Source: an uncultured Pseudomonadota bacterium (GTDB taxonomy: Bacteria; Pseudomonadota; Alphaproteobacteria; JACZXZ01). Taken from it: a stretch of DNA of 64,000 bases. The stretch lies in the NCBI GenBank assembly GCA_963749075.1, contig CAVVLJ010000016.1, positions 800,001 to 864,000 of the forward strand, in the 5' to 3' direction. The notes under the pieces are model-generated. The model was not told where the DNA came from, did not search any database, and was given only the letters and a program-made list of their open reading frames with translations. This document shows positions 48,556 through 58,095 of the stretch, one piece after another (within the stretch, counting starts at the first letter, position 1; every line of letters starts with the position of its first letter). The position numbers and the translations under genes are program-made.

Positions 48556-49803
48556 ATGTCCGTTTCGGCCGCAGCCGCGGGAAAGATCGGGGATCGCGAC
48601 GTCCGCGTCATCACGGTGATCGGCATCGCGCATTCCTGCAGCCACCTCATGCAGCTGGCGCTGCCGCCGCTCTTCCCCGTCCTCTACGGCGTCTTCGGGG
48701 TGAGCTTCACCGAGCTCGGCCTCATCGTGACGGTCTTCTACACCGCCTCCGGTCTCGGCCAGGCGACGGCCGGGGTGCTCGTCGACCGCTACGGCGCGCA
48801 CCGGCTGCTGATCGGCGGGCTTCTCCTCATGGGCGTCGCCACCGCACTCGCGGGCGCGGTCACCTCGTTCTGGATGCTGCTGCCGCTAGCACTCTTCGCC
48901 GGCCTGGGGAACAGCGTCTTCCATCCGGCCGACCTCTCCATCCTGAGCCACCGCGTGAGCGAGCGGCGCCTCGGCCGCGCCTTTGCCGTTCACGGCTTCC
49001 TCGGCAGCGCCGGCTTCGCCGCGGCGCCCGTGGCGATCGCGGCGCTCGCGGCCTTAGGCGGCTGGCGCATGTCCGTCATCGTCTTCGGCATCGTCGGGCT
49101 TGCCGGCGCCGCCATCGTCTTCGCCAACCGCGCCGCTCTCGTCTACGCTAGGCGCGCGGAGGCTGCGACCGTTGCGGGCGCCGCTCGGCGGCGGCTGGGC
49201 TACCTCAGCGTCGTCGGTTCGCCGGTGGTGGTCATGGCCTTCGGCTATTTCGTGCTCACCGCCTTTGCCGGCACCGGCGTGCAGACCTTCGGCGTGACCG
49301 CCTTGAGCTCCGGCTACGGCCTGGCGCTCGCTTCCGCCACCCTCGGCCTCACGGCTTATCTCGTCGGCGTCTCCCTCGGCATCGTGTTCGGCGGCGTGCT
49401 GGCCGACCGCACCGAGAACCACCACCGCGTCGCGATGAGCGGCGTCCTTGCCGCGGCGGCCATCATGCTCGCGATGACCGGCGTGGCGGCCCTTCCCGAC
49501 CTCATCGTGCCGCTGATGGCATCGGCCGGCATCGCCAGCGGCATCACCGGTCCCTCGCGCGACGTGCTCATCCGCCGCGCCGCCGCCGGGGCCGGCATGG
49601 GCAGCGTCTTCGGCTTCGTCTATTCGGGTTTCGATCTCGGCTCCTCGACGGCGCCGTTGCTCTTCGGCACGCTGATCGACCATCGCGTCCCGCACGCGGT
49701 GTTTCTCGCCGTCGCCGTAGCCTTCGCCCTGGCGGCGCCGACCGTCATGCAGGTGCGCCGGCGCACGCTACGGCGGCGTGCGCTGCCGGCGAGCGGCGAC
49801 TGA
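48556..49803 (+). CDS. MFS transporter (Fsr-like)
   Basis: HSCSH, LPPLFP, GVLVDRYG, GLGNSVFHP, GFVYSGFD; start MSVSAA at the end of the artefactual 1200-aa ORF. Confidence 0.88.
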   Translation: MSVSAAAAGKIGDRDVRVITVIGIAHSCSHLMQLALPPLFPVLYGVFGVSFTELGLIVTVFYTASGLGQATAGVLVDRYGAHRLLIGGLLLMGVATALAGAVTSFWMLLPLALFAGLGNSVFHPADLSILSHRVSERRLGRAFAVHGFLGSAGFAAAPVAIAALAALGGWRMSVIVFGIVGLAGAAIVFANRAALVYARRAEAATVAGAARRRLGYLSVVGSPVVVMAFGYFVLTAFAGTGVQTFGVTALSSGYGLALASATLGLTAYLVGVSLGIVFGGVLADRTENHHRVAMSGVLAAAAIMLAMTGVAALPDLIVPLMASAGIASGITGPSRDVLIRRAAAGAGMGSVFGFVYSGFDLGSSTAPLLFGTLIDHRVPHAVFLAVAVAFALAAPTVMQVRRRTLRRRALPASGD

Positions 49804-49822
49804 CGCGCTCCCGCGCGCGGTC

Positions 49823-50167
49823 ATGAGCGAGGCGCGTCTTAAGACCGAGTTCTGGGTGCAGGCCTGTATCCGCCGCGGCAATGCCGACGGCATCGCGGTC
49901 ACCGTCGTGCACAGGGGCGACGCCACGCGCGGCAGCGTGCTCGTCAAGCTCAACCGCTTCGAGCACGGCTGCACGGTGCTGGCGGAGACCCAGGACGCGG
50001 CCGGCGCGCGCGCCTGGCTCCGCGGCACCGGCGAGGCGCCGGTCGAGGAGGCCGCCGCCGACGCCTATATCGCGCGCAACCGCAACTACGACCCCGACCT
50101 CTGGGTCATCGAGATCGAGGACCGCGCCGGCCGCCTCCCCTTCGAGGCGAAGATATTGGCGCTGTGA
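49823..50167 (+). CDS. DUF1491 family protein
   Basis: RLKTEFWVQA, RGDATRGSVLVK, DPDLWVIEIED. Confidence 0.88.
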   Translation: MSEARLKTEFWVQACIRRGNADGIAVTVVHRGDATRGSVLVKLNRFEHGCTVLAETQDAAGARAWLRGTGEAPVEEAAADAYIARNRNYDPDLWVIEIEDRAGRLPFEAKILAL

Positions 50168-50179
50168 GGCGCGACCGCC

Positions 50180-51607
50180 TCACCCCATCGCCACGAACTT
50201 CTTGTTGGTGTAGGCCTCGAGGCCCTCGATGCCGCCTTCGTGGCCGTGGCCGCTCTCCTTCACGCCGCCGAAGGGCGTCTCGGGCGTCGAGATCGCGAAG
50301 GTATTGACGCCGACCATGCCGGATTCGAGCGCGTCGGCGATCAGGGTCGCGGTCTTGGCGGAGTTGGTGAAGGCGTAGGCGGCGAGGCCGAAGGGCAGCG
50401 AGTTCGCCTTCTCGACCACCTCGTCGAAGCTCTTGAAGGGCGTGATCGGCGCCACCGGCCCGAAGGGCTCCTCGACCATCATGCGGGCGTCCTCGGGGAT
50501 CTCGCTGATCACGGTCGGTGCAAAGAAGAAGCCCTGGTTGCCGTGCCGGCTGCCGCCCGCCTCGATCTTGGCGCCGCGCTTCCTGGCATCGCCGACGAAG
50601 CCCTCCATGGCGTCGAGCCGCCGCGGGTTGGCGAGCGGGCCCATCTTGGTGCTGTCGGCGAGGCCGTCGCCGAGGGTCAGTCCCTTGGCCGTCTCGGCGA
50701 AACGCTTGACGAAGCGGTCGTGCACCGTCTCGTGCACGTAGAAGCGCGTCGGCGAGATGCAGACCTGGCCGGCGTTGCGGTACTTGCCGAGCGCCGCCAC
50801 CTCGGCGGTCTTCTCGGGATCGATGTCGCCGAACACCACGACCGGCGAATGGCCGCCGAGCTCCATCGTGGTCCGCTTCATGCCGTTGGCGGCGAGCTTG
50901 ACGAGGTGCTTGCCGACCGGCACCGAGCCGGTGAAGGAGACCTTGCGGATGATGTCCGAAGCGATGAGATGCTCGGAGACCTGCGACGGCACGCCGTAGA
51001 CCAGGTTGAGCACGCCCGCCGGCAGGCCGGCATCGGCAAAGGCGCGCACGATCTCGAGGCAGCTCGCCGGCGTCTCCTCCGAGGCCTTGATGATGAGCGA
51101 GCAGCCCGCGGCCAAGGCGCCGCCGATCTTGCGCGCGGGCGTAAGGGTGGGGAAGTTCCACGGCGTGAAGGCGGCGCAGGGGCCGACCGGCTCCTGGATC
51201 ATCATCTGCCGCGTGCCGGGGAGGCGTCCCGGAATGATGCGGCCGTAGGCGCGCCGGCCCTCCTCGGCGTACCACTCGATGATGTCGGCCGAGACCGCGA
51301 TCTCGATGCGCCCCTCGGCGATGACCTTGCCCTGCTCGAGGGTGAGGATGCGGGCGAGCGCCTCATGGCGCTCGCGCATGAGCTGGGCCGCGCGGCGCAT
51401 GATCTTGGCGCGCTCGTAGGCCGAGGTCGCGCGCCACAGCTTGAAGCCCTTCTCGGCCGCGGCGAGCGCGCGGTCGAGGTCCTCGGCGCTGGCATGCGGC
51501 AGGGTGCCGAGCGACTTCTCGGTGGCCGGGTTGATGACTTCTTCCGACGCGCGGCCGTTCTTCGCGAGCCACTGGCCGTCGATGTAAAGAGCGAGTTCCG
51601 GATACAC
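50180..51607 (-). CDS. NAD-dependent aldehyde dehydrogenase (succinate/2-ketoglutarate semialdehyde dehydrogenase-like)
   Basis: PWNFP, SFTGS, MELGGH, NAGQVC, EEPFGP, PFGGVKESG; GTG start with AGGAGG. Confidence 0.93.
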   Translation of the reverse strand: MYPELALYIDGQWLAKNGRASEEVINPATEKSLGTLPHASAEDLDRALAAAEKGFKLWRATSAYERAKIMRRAAQLMRERHEALARILTLEQGKVIAEGRIEIAVSADIIEWYAEEGRRAYGRIIPGRLPGTRQMMIQEPVGPCAAFTPWNFPTLTPARKIGGALAAGCSLIIKASEETPASCLEIVRAFADAGLPAGVLNLVYGVPSQVSEHLIASDIIRKVSFTGSVPVGKHLVKLAANGMKRTTMELGGHSPVVVFGDIDPEKTAEVAALGKYRNAGQVCISPTRFYVHETVHDRFVKRFAETAKGLTLGDGLADSTKMGPLANPRRLDAMEGFVGDARKRGAKIEAGGSRHGNQGFFFAPTVISEIPEDARMMVEEPFGPVAPITPFKSFDEVVEKANSLPFGLAAYAFTNSAKTATLIADALESGMVGVNTFAISTPETPFGGVKESGHGHEGGIEGLEAYTNKKFVAMG

Positions 51608-51851
51608 GGGGCACCTCCTGCTGACGCGTTGAAATGGCTATACGAACGGTTGGCGGCGAGCGTTGCCCAGGCGAGGCGGCGGGGCCGCGGCGGCGCTGCC
51701 GTGTGAGCACAGGGCCAAGACATACTGCCTCGTTGCCGCCTCGTCCAGTGCGCTCCCTTGGCTGCTTCCGTGGCCGCTTGCTTGGCGGCGGCGCTGTGGC
51801 ATGATCCGGCTCCTGCGGACCCTCCAGCGATCCCCTCCCGAGGAGTGCGTC

Positions 51852-52556
51852 ATGGCCCTTGATCCCTCCACGCGGAAGCTCCTCGAGCAGGTGTCGACCG
51901 CGACGCTCACCACCCAGATGCTCAAGCGCGGCTTGCGCAACATCTTCATGGCGGGCGTGCGCCCGCTCCATGGGGCGGGCGCCAACATGGTGGGCGAGGC
52001 CGCGACGCTGCGCTACATTCCGGCGCGCGAGGACCTCGACACCATCGATTCCCTCGGCAGCCGCGAGCACCCGCAGCGCAAGACGATCGAGACCATCCCC
52101 TCCGGCAAGGTCCTGGTCGTCGATTGCCGCGGCGAGATCGGAGCCGCGGGCGTGGGCGCCATCTTGCTCGCGCGGCTCAAGGCGCGCGGGGCTGCGGGCT
52201 TCGTCTGCGATGGCGGCGTGCGCGATGCGGCCGAAGCGGCCCGCGTCGGCTTGCCGCTCTACGCCAAGGGACCGGCGGCGCCGCCCAACGTCACGCGCCA
52301 CCATGCGGTCGACAGCAACGTGCCGATCGCCTGCGGCGGGGTCGCGGTCTTCCCCGGCAACGTCATCGTCGGCGACGGCGACGGCGTCGTGGTGCTGCCG
52401 CCCGCCCTCGCGGCCGAGGTGGCCGAGGCGGCGGTCGAGCAGGAGCGGCTCGAGGCCTTCCTCCTGGCCGAGGTCAAGGCGGGAGCCCCCCTCTTCGGCA
52501 CCTATCCGCCGAGCGAGGAGACGCTTCAGCGCTACCGCGCCAAGGAGCGCAAGTAG
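51852..52556 (+). CDS. RraA-like / HMG aldolase family protein
   Basis: VSTATLTTQ, TLRYIPARED, DGGVRD, PIACGGVAVFPG, GDGDGVVV. Confidence 0.88.
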   Translation: MALDPSTRKLLEQVSTATLTTQMLKRGLRNIFMAGVRPLHGAGANMVGEAATLRYIPAREDLDTIDSLGSREHPQRKTIETIPSGKVLVVDCRGEIGAAGVGAILLARLKARGAAGFVCDGGVRDAAEAARVGLPLYAKGPAAPPNVTRHHAVDSNVPIACGGVAVFPGNVIVGDGDGVVVLPPALAAEVAEAAVEQERLEAFLLAEVKAGAPLFGTYPPSEETLQRYRAKERK

Positions 52557-52575
52557 AGCGGCGGGGAGGGACGGC

Positions 52576-53331
52576 ATGGACAGCAAGGCGATCGCGGCGG
52601 CGGCAGCACTCCTCGTCGAGGCGCGGCGGAGCGGTGTGCTGCTCGCGGCCCTGCCGCCCGCTCTGCGCCCGGCCACGGTCGGCGAGGCGCATGCCGTGCA
52701 GGAGGCGGCGACGCGCAGGCTCGCCGAGACCGTCGGCGGCTGGAAGGCGAATGCGCCGCCCGGCGAAGAGCCGCAATGGGCCGTGCTCTTCGAGCGGCTC
52801 ATCTTCCCGAGCCCGGCCCGCATCCCGGCGAAATCCTTCCCCTTGCGCGGCGTCGAGGCCGAGATCGCCTTCCGCTTCACGGCCGACCTTCAGCCGCGCG
52901 AGGCGGCGTACGGGCGGGAGGAGGTCGCCGCGGCCGTCGTGGCCTTTCCCGCCATCGAGGTGGTGGATTCGCGCTTCGCCGATTTCATGCAGGCAACCCC
53001 GCTCGAGCGGCTCGCCGATCACGGCGCCAACGGCGCCTTCGTGGCCGGCGCGCCGTTCGCGGGCTGGCGCGCGCTGGCGCTCTCCAAGCTGCGCGTGACG
53101 CTCGCCTTCGGCGACAAGACGGTCGTCGACCAGGTGGGCGGCCATCCAATAGGCGACCCGCTTGAGCCGGCCGTGGCCCTCGTCAACGAGATGCGCAAGG
53201 CGGGCGGCGTCAGGCGCGGGCAGCTGGTCACCACCGGCTCCTGCACGGGCATGAATATCGCGGACGCGGGCGACAGCGTCGTCGCGCGCTTCGAGGGCCT
53301 CGGCGCCGCGGAGGTCACCTTCACGCGCTAG
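52576..53331 (+). CDS. 2-keto-4-pentenoate hydratase / FAH family protein
   Basis: GGWK, VEAEIAF, AIEVVDSR, AD...NG, VTTGS. Confidence 0.85.
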   Translation: MDSKAIAAAAALLVEARRSGVLLAALPPALRPATVGEAHAVQEAATRRLAETVGGWKANAPPGEEPQWAVLFERLIFPSPARIPAKSFPLRGVEAEIAFRFTADLQPREAAYGREEVAAAVVAFPAIEVVDSRFADFMQATPLERLADHGANGAFVAGAPFAGWRALALSKLRVTLAFGDKTVVDQVGGHPIGDPLEPAVALVNEMRKAGGVRRGQLVTTGSCTGMNIADAGDSVVARFEGLGAAEVTFTR

Positions 53332-53364
53332 GCGGCACGCATTGAACCGAGGGGAGGGGGCGGC

Positions 53365-54324
53365 ATGGCGCGCATGCGGACGATGGCGGTCATCGGCAAC
53401 GGCATCATCGGCCATGGCATCGCCGAGATCTTCGCCGCTGCCGGCTGGCGGGTTCATCTCGTCGGCCGCAATGCTACGAGCCTGGCCGCCGCGCGCGCCA
53501 GGATCGGCGCCAGCCTGAAGCTCTTCGTCGCCAACAGGCTGATGACCGAGAGCGGGCGCACGGCAGCCTTGGGCCGCATCAAGACGACCACGAGGCTCGA
53601 GGATGCAGATGCGGCCGAGCTCATCATCGAGGCGGTGCCCGAGGACATGGCGCTGAAGCGCCGCCTCTTCGGCCGGCTCGACCGCATCTCTGCGCGCGAC
53701 GCCATCCTCGCATCGTCGAGCGGCCATCTCGTCAGCGAGCTCACCGACGAGGTGCGCCACCGCGAGCGCGCCGTTGCCACGCACTTTTGGTACCCCCCGC
53801 AGCTCATCCCGCTCGTCGAGGTCTGCGCCGGTCCAGAAACGGCGCCCGCCATTGTTCCGCGCGTTTGCGAAATCCTGCGCGCGGTCGGCAAGGAACCGGT
53901 CGTCATCGACAAGGAGGTCGCTGGCTTCATCGGCAACCGCATCCAGTTCGCCGCGTTGCGCGAGGCCTGGGCGCTCTACGCCGCCGGGGTCGCCTCGGCC
54001 GAGGCGATCGATGCCGTCGTGCGCAACTCGATCGGCCGGCGCCTCGGCGTCACCGGACCGATCGAGTTGGCCGATGTCGGCGGGCTCGACACCATGGTCG
54101 CCTTCGCCCGCTTCCTCGTGCCCCATCTCGACGCCGCACCCCTGCCGCCGCCCGAGCTCGACCGCCTCGTGGCCGCCGGTCATCGCGGACTGCCGAGCGG
54201 GCGTGGCGTCTACGATTGGTCGCAGCACGACGGCGCTGGCCTGCTCGAGGCACGCAAGGCCGAGCTGTTCCGCTGGCTCAAGGCGGATCGCGCGGCTCTA
54301 CGCCGGGAGGGCAAGCGCAAGTGA
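53365..54324 (+). CDS. 3-hydroxyacyl-CoA dehydrogenase family protein
   Basis: VIGNGIIGHG, EAVPED, HFWYPP, LVEV, GFIGNRIQFA..REA. Confidence 0.9.
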   Translation: MARMRTMAVIGNGIIGHGIAEIFAAAGWRVHLVGRNATSLAAARARIGASLKLFVANRLMTESGRTAALGRIKTTTRLEDADAAELIIEAVPEDMALKRRLFGRLDRISARDAILASSSGHLVSELTDEVRHRERAVATHFWYPPQLIPLVEVCAGPETAPAIVPRVCEILRAVGKEPVVIDKEVAGFIGNRIQFAALREAWALYAAGVASAEAIDAVVRNSIGRRLGVTGPIELADVGGLDTMVAFARFLVPHLDAAPLPPPELDRLVAAGHRGLPSGRGVYDWSQHDGAGLLEARKAELFRWLKADRAALRREGKRK

Positions 54325-55636
54325 GTACGGCCAACGCGCCGCTCTTCGCACCAGGCTTCAAGGAGACGCCTTATTGGTGGGACGCGGCACCGCCGACCAA
54401 AGGCGTGCCGCGCGCGCCGCCGCGGCGCTCGGACGTCGCCATCGTCGGCGCCGGCATCACCGGGCTCAACGCGGCACTCGTCCTGGCGCGCGCCGGGCGC
54501 AGCGTCACAGCACTCGACGCCGGCGATCTCGGTCACGGCGCCAGCACGCGCAACGCCGGCTATGTCGGCCGCTCGCTCAAGCACAGCTTCGCCGATCTCA
54601 TGCGCCGCCACGGCAGCGACTTACGCGATCGCGGTCTATCGCGAGATGCAGGCCGCCTTCGATGCCGTCGCCGAGCGCGTGCGCGCCGAAGAGATCGATT
54701 GCGGCTTCAAGATTTGCGGTCGCCTCGTCCTCACCAAGGTGCGCGCGGCAATACGACGACCTGGCGCACGAGCTGGCATTGCGCCAGACGCATCTCGGCA
54801 GCGATTTCGCCATGCTGCCGCGCGCGGCACTGCGCGGCGAGATCGCGAGCGATCTCTATTGCGGCGCTGCCTTGATCCCCGATCTCGGCGCCATTCATCC
54901 CGGCCTCTATCACCGTGGCCTGCTCGAGCGCGCGCGCGCCGCAGGTGCCGAGCTGATCGGCGGCACTCCGGTCGAGCGCATCGTGCCGCTCGACGGCGGC
55001 GGCTTCGACGTGACGACGCCTCAAGGGACGACGCGCGCACGCGATGTGCTGGTCGCGACCAACGGCTATACCGGCAGCTTCCTGCCGTGGCTGCGGCGCC
55101 GTCTCATCCCCTTCGATGCCTATATGATCGCGACCGAGCCGCTGGCGCCTCAACTGATGAACCGTCTCCTGCCGACCGACCGCACTTATATCGACCACGT
55201 CCACGACATCATCTCGATGCGGCGCTCGCCGGACGGCACGCGCATCCTCTTCCTCTGGCGCACCGGAACGCGGCCGACGGGGGCGCGGGCCAAGGGAGCC
55301 CAGCTCCACGGCGATGCGGCGCGCATCGTGCCCGAGATCGCCGGCCTCAAGCTCTCGCATTCATGGACCGGACGCTGCGCCGCCACCTTCGACCTCTGGC
55401 CGCACATAGCACAGCATGACGGCATCCACTTTGCCGGCGGCTATTGCTTCGCCGGCGTGCCGATGGGGACCTATCTCGGCCAGAAGGCCGCTCACCGCAT
55501 CCTCGGCTCGCCGGAAGGGAAGACGATCTTCGCCGATCGCGGCTTCCCGTCGGTGCCGTTCTATTCCGGCAATCCGTGGTTCGTCCGCCACGTGATGACA
55601 TGGTACGGCTGGTGCGACCGCTGGGAGAGCCGCTGA
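54321..55636 (+). pseudogene. DAO/DadA-family FAD oxidoreductase interrupted by two +1 frameshifts (pseudogene or sequencing error)
   Basis: Frame 1 PYWW...IVGAGITG...GASTRNAG; frame 2 YAIAVYREM...CGRL; frame 3 QYDDL...IHPG...VATNGY...IATEPL...GYCFAGV; extra T at 54621-2 and extra G at 54738-9. Confidence 0.85.
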
Positions 55637-55650
55637 GGTGAAAGCGCCCC

Positions 55651-56388
55651 TCACGCGAGATAGTCGTGCACCACCTTGCCGAGGCCGAGCGTGAGGTCGC
55701 TCACGATGTGGAGTGCCGAGACGACCTCGAGCACGGGGAGCTCGGCCACCGGTGCCAGCGCATGGTGGGCGAGCGTGAGGGCGCCGGGCCCGCTCCAGGC
55801 GCCCTTGATGGCGAGGTCCTCGAGGTAATATTCGACGAGCTCGCAGATGCGCGCGCTGCCGTCCACGTGCGGGATGATCTTGAGGAGATAGTTGGGCGCC
55901 GAGAGGGCCGCCTTCACCTGGGCGAGGTCGGCGGTGCGGTGCTTGTAGCCCATGGTGCCCGTCGCCACCCGCACCGGGCCGTAGTCGAGGGTGCCGACCA
56001 GCGTGTCGATCTCGGTGCGCAGGCTCGGGTTGGCGAGCTTCTTGGGGAAGCCCCAGAGCTCGCGGCCGCCCGCGATGGGCGGCTCGTCGTTGAGGAACAT
56101 GCAGTGGGTGTAGCCGCCCTTGCGGCCGCGAAAGGCGACCGGGATGACCTGGCCGGTCTCGGTGTAGTCGCCGAAGCCGGTCGAATCCGGCATGCGGATG
56201 AACTCGTATTTGACGAGGTCTCCCTCGAGCGCGAGCGGCTCGGGGACCACGGCGCGCAGCTTCGCCGCATCCGTACGGTAGGTGATGACCAGGAACTCGC
56301 GATTGATGAAGCGGTAGGGGCCCGGCGGATAGGCCGGGCTGGTGAGCGGCATCGCGAAGGCGGTGCGGCGAACTTCCTCTTCCGTCAT
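55651..56388 (-). CDS. adc: Acetoacetate decarboxylase
   Basis: [41 protein letters not shown] (Schiff-base Lys), KGAWSGP. Confidence 0.92.
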   Translation of the reverse strand: MTEEEVRRTAFAMPLTSPAYPPGPYRFINREFLVITYRTDAAKLRAVVPEPLALEGDLVKYEFIRMPDSTGFGDYTETGQVIPVAFRGRKGGYTHCMFLNDEPPIAGGRELWGFPKKLANPSLRTEIDTLVGTLDYGPVRVATGTMGYKHRTADLAQVKAALSAPNYLLKIIPHVDGSARICELVEYYLEDLAIKGAWSGPGALTLAHHALAPVAELPVLEVVSALHIVSDLTLGLGKVVHDYLA

Positions 56389-56409
56389 GGCCGTGCTCCT
56401 CTCGCCATT

Positions 56410-58065
56410 TCAATGGGCGCCGCCGCCAGCAAGGCGATCCGCCCGCTTTAGACAAATGGCGGCGACGACCGCCAATGCCAAGGCCGCGCCGAGGAGAAAG
56501 AAGGTATCGCTATAGGCCATCATCGTGGCCTGCTGGCGGACGGTACGGCCGATCGCCACCGCAGCCTGGTGCCAGGCCGACGCCGGGTCCGTGACGCCAT
56601 GGGAGAGGAAATAGCTCGTGAGCTCCTGCATGCGCGTCCGCGTCGCCTGGTTGAGGAGCGAGACCGAGCTCGTCATCACGTTGGAGTGGAACTGCTCGCG
56701 CTTGGTGAGGAAGGTCGCGAGGACGGCGATGCCGATGGCGCCGCCGAGATTGCGCATCATGTTGAAGAGTGCCGAGGCGGAGCCGGCATTCTCGCGCTCG
56801 ATCCCGGCGGAGGCGATGGCCGAGAGGGGCGTGAGCACGAGGGCCTGGCCGATGGCGCGGACGACGTTGGGCCAAAAGAGCTGGTCGCCGGCCACGTCGA
56901 GGCTGAGGCCGGTGTTCATGAAATTGCTCGCGGCAAAGAGGATGAAGCCGAAGGCGATGATGACGCGCGCGTCGATGCGCTGCATGAGCTTCGGCACGAA
57001 GGGGATGAGGAGGAGCTGCGGCAGGCCGGTCCAGGCCAGCACCATGCCGATCTCTTCCGCGTTGTAGCCCTGGAGCTGCGAGAGGTAGAGCGGCAGGATG
57101 AAGGACGAGCCGTAGAGTGCCACGCCGAGGAGGAAGACGGCGAGCGTGCCGAGGCCGAAATTGCGGCGCAGGAGGATGCGCAGGTTGAGGAGCGGCTTCT
57201 TCGCCCTGAGCTCGATCCAGAGGAAGAGCGCCAGCGACACGGCGGCGATCAGCGAGAGCCTGACGATGAAGGGCGAGCCGAACCAGTCGTCCTTGTTGCC
57301 CTCCTCGAGCACGGTCTGCAGCGCGCCCAAGCCGAGCGCCATGGTGAGGATGCCGAGCCAGTCGCCTTCCTTGAGGAGCGAGAGCTGCATGGGGGAGGCC
57401 TCGAGCGAGAACCACAGCATGGCGAGCATGAGGGCGCCGGGTACCAGGTTCACGTAGAAGATGTACTGCCAGCCGTAGGTGTCGTTGAGCCAGCCGCCGA
57501 TGGTCGGGCCGATGGCCGGTGCGAAGGTGGCGCTGACCGCGAAGAGGGCCAATCCGACCGGCTGCTTGGCGCGCGGCAGGAGTGTCAAGATGATGGTGAA
57601 GGCGAGCGGGATCAGGGCGCCGCCGGCGAAGCCCTGGAACGCCCGCAGCACGATCATCTGCCCGAGGTTCTCCGCCGAGGCGCAGGCCGCGGAGAAGAGG
57701 AGGAAGAGCGCCGTGGTGGCCAGGAGATAGACGCGCAGCGAGAAGATGCGCGCCAGCCAGGCGCTCAAGGGGATGACGATGATCTCGGTGATGAGATAGG
57801 AGGTCGAGACCCAGCCGCCGTCGTCGATGCCGGCGCCGATGGCGCCCTGGATGTCGGCGAGCGAGGAGTTGACGATCTGGATGTTGAGCACCGCGAGAAA
57901 AGCGCCGAGCGTCGCCCCGAGCACGGCGATCCAGGTCTTCATGTCAACCGCGTCGGGCGCGTTCTCGTTGGCGGCCGGCCGCGGCGCCGAGGCGGCAGCG
58001 GCGGCGGCCAGGCGGAAAGGCGCTTCGTTCGGAGGCAGGCTTTCCAGGCGGAGGGGGGCGGACAT
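56410..58065 (-). CDS. DHA2 (EmrB/QacA) MFS efflux transporter
   Basis: WVSTSYL, RAFQG, APAIGPTIGGW, IFYVN, LEEGNKDDWF, NMMRNLGG. Confidence 0.92.
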   Translation of the reverse strand: MSAPLRLESLPPNEAPFRLAAAAAASAPRPAANENAPDAVDMKTWIAVLGATLGAFLAVLNIQIVNSSLADIQGAIGAGIDDGGWVSTSYLITEIIVIPLSAWLARIFSLRVYLLATTALFLLFSAACASAENLGQMIVLRAFQGFAGGALIPLAFTIILTLLPRAKQPVGLALFAVSATFAPAIGPTIGGWLNDTYGWQYIFYVNLVPGALMLAMLWFSLEASPMQLSLLKEGDWLGILTMALGLGALQTVLEEGNKDDWFGSPFIVRLSLIAAVSLALFLWIELRAKKPLLNLRILLRRNFGLGTLAVFLLGVALYGSSFILPLYLSQLQGYNAEEIGMVLAWTGLPQLLLIPFVPKLMQRIDARVIIAFGFILFAASNFMNTGLSLDVAGDQLFWPNVVRAIGQALVLTPLSAIASAGIERENAGSASALFNMMRNLGGAIGIAVLATFLTKREQFHSNVMTSSVSLLNQATRTRMQELTSYFLSHGVTDPASAWHQAAVAIGRTVRQQATMMAYSDTFFLLGAALALAVVAAICLKRADRLAGGGAH

Positions 58066-58095
58066 GGGAGCTGCTCCTCGTATCTGCGAACGGCG

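Noticed and set aside
46201-49803. 1200-aa ORF that looks like a giant MFS fusion
   Set aside because: Only the last approximately 415 aa (from ATG 48556) are MFS; the rest is an off-frame overlay of stcD
54321-55636. Programmed ribosomal frameshifting in the DAO gene
   Set aside because: It would need two events, and there is no slippery sequence or recognisable stimulator; simple insertions explain the frames
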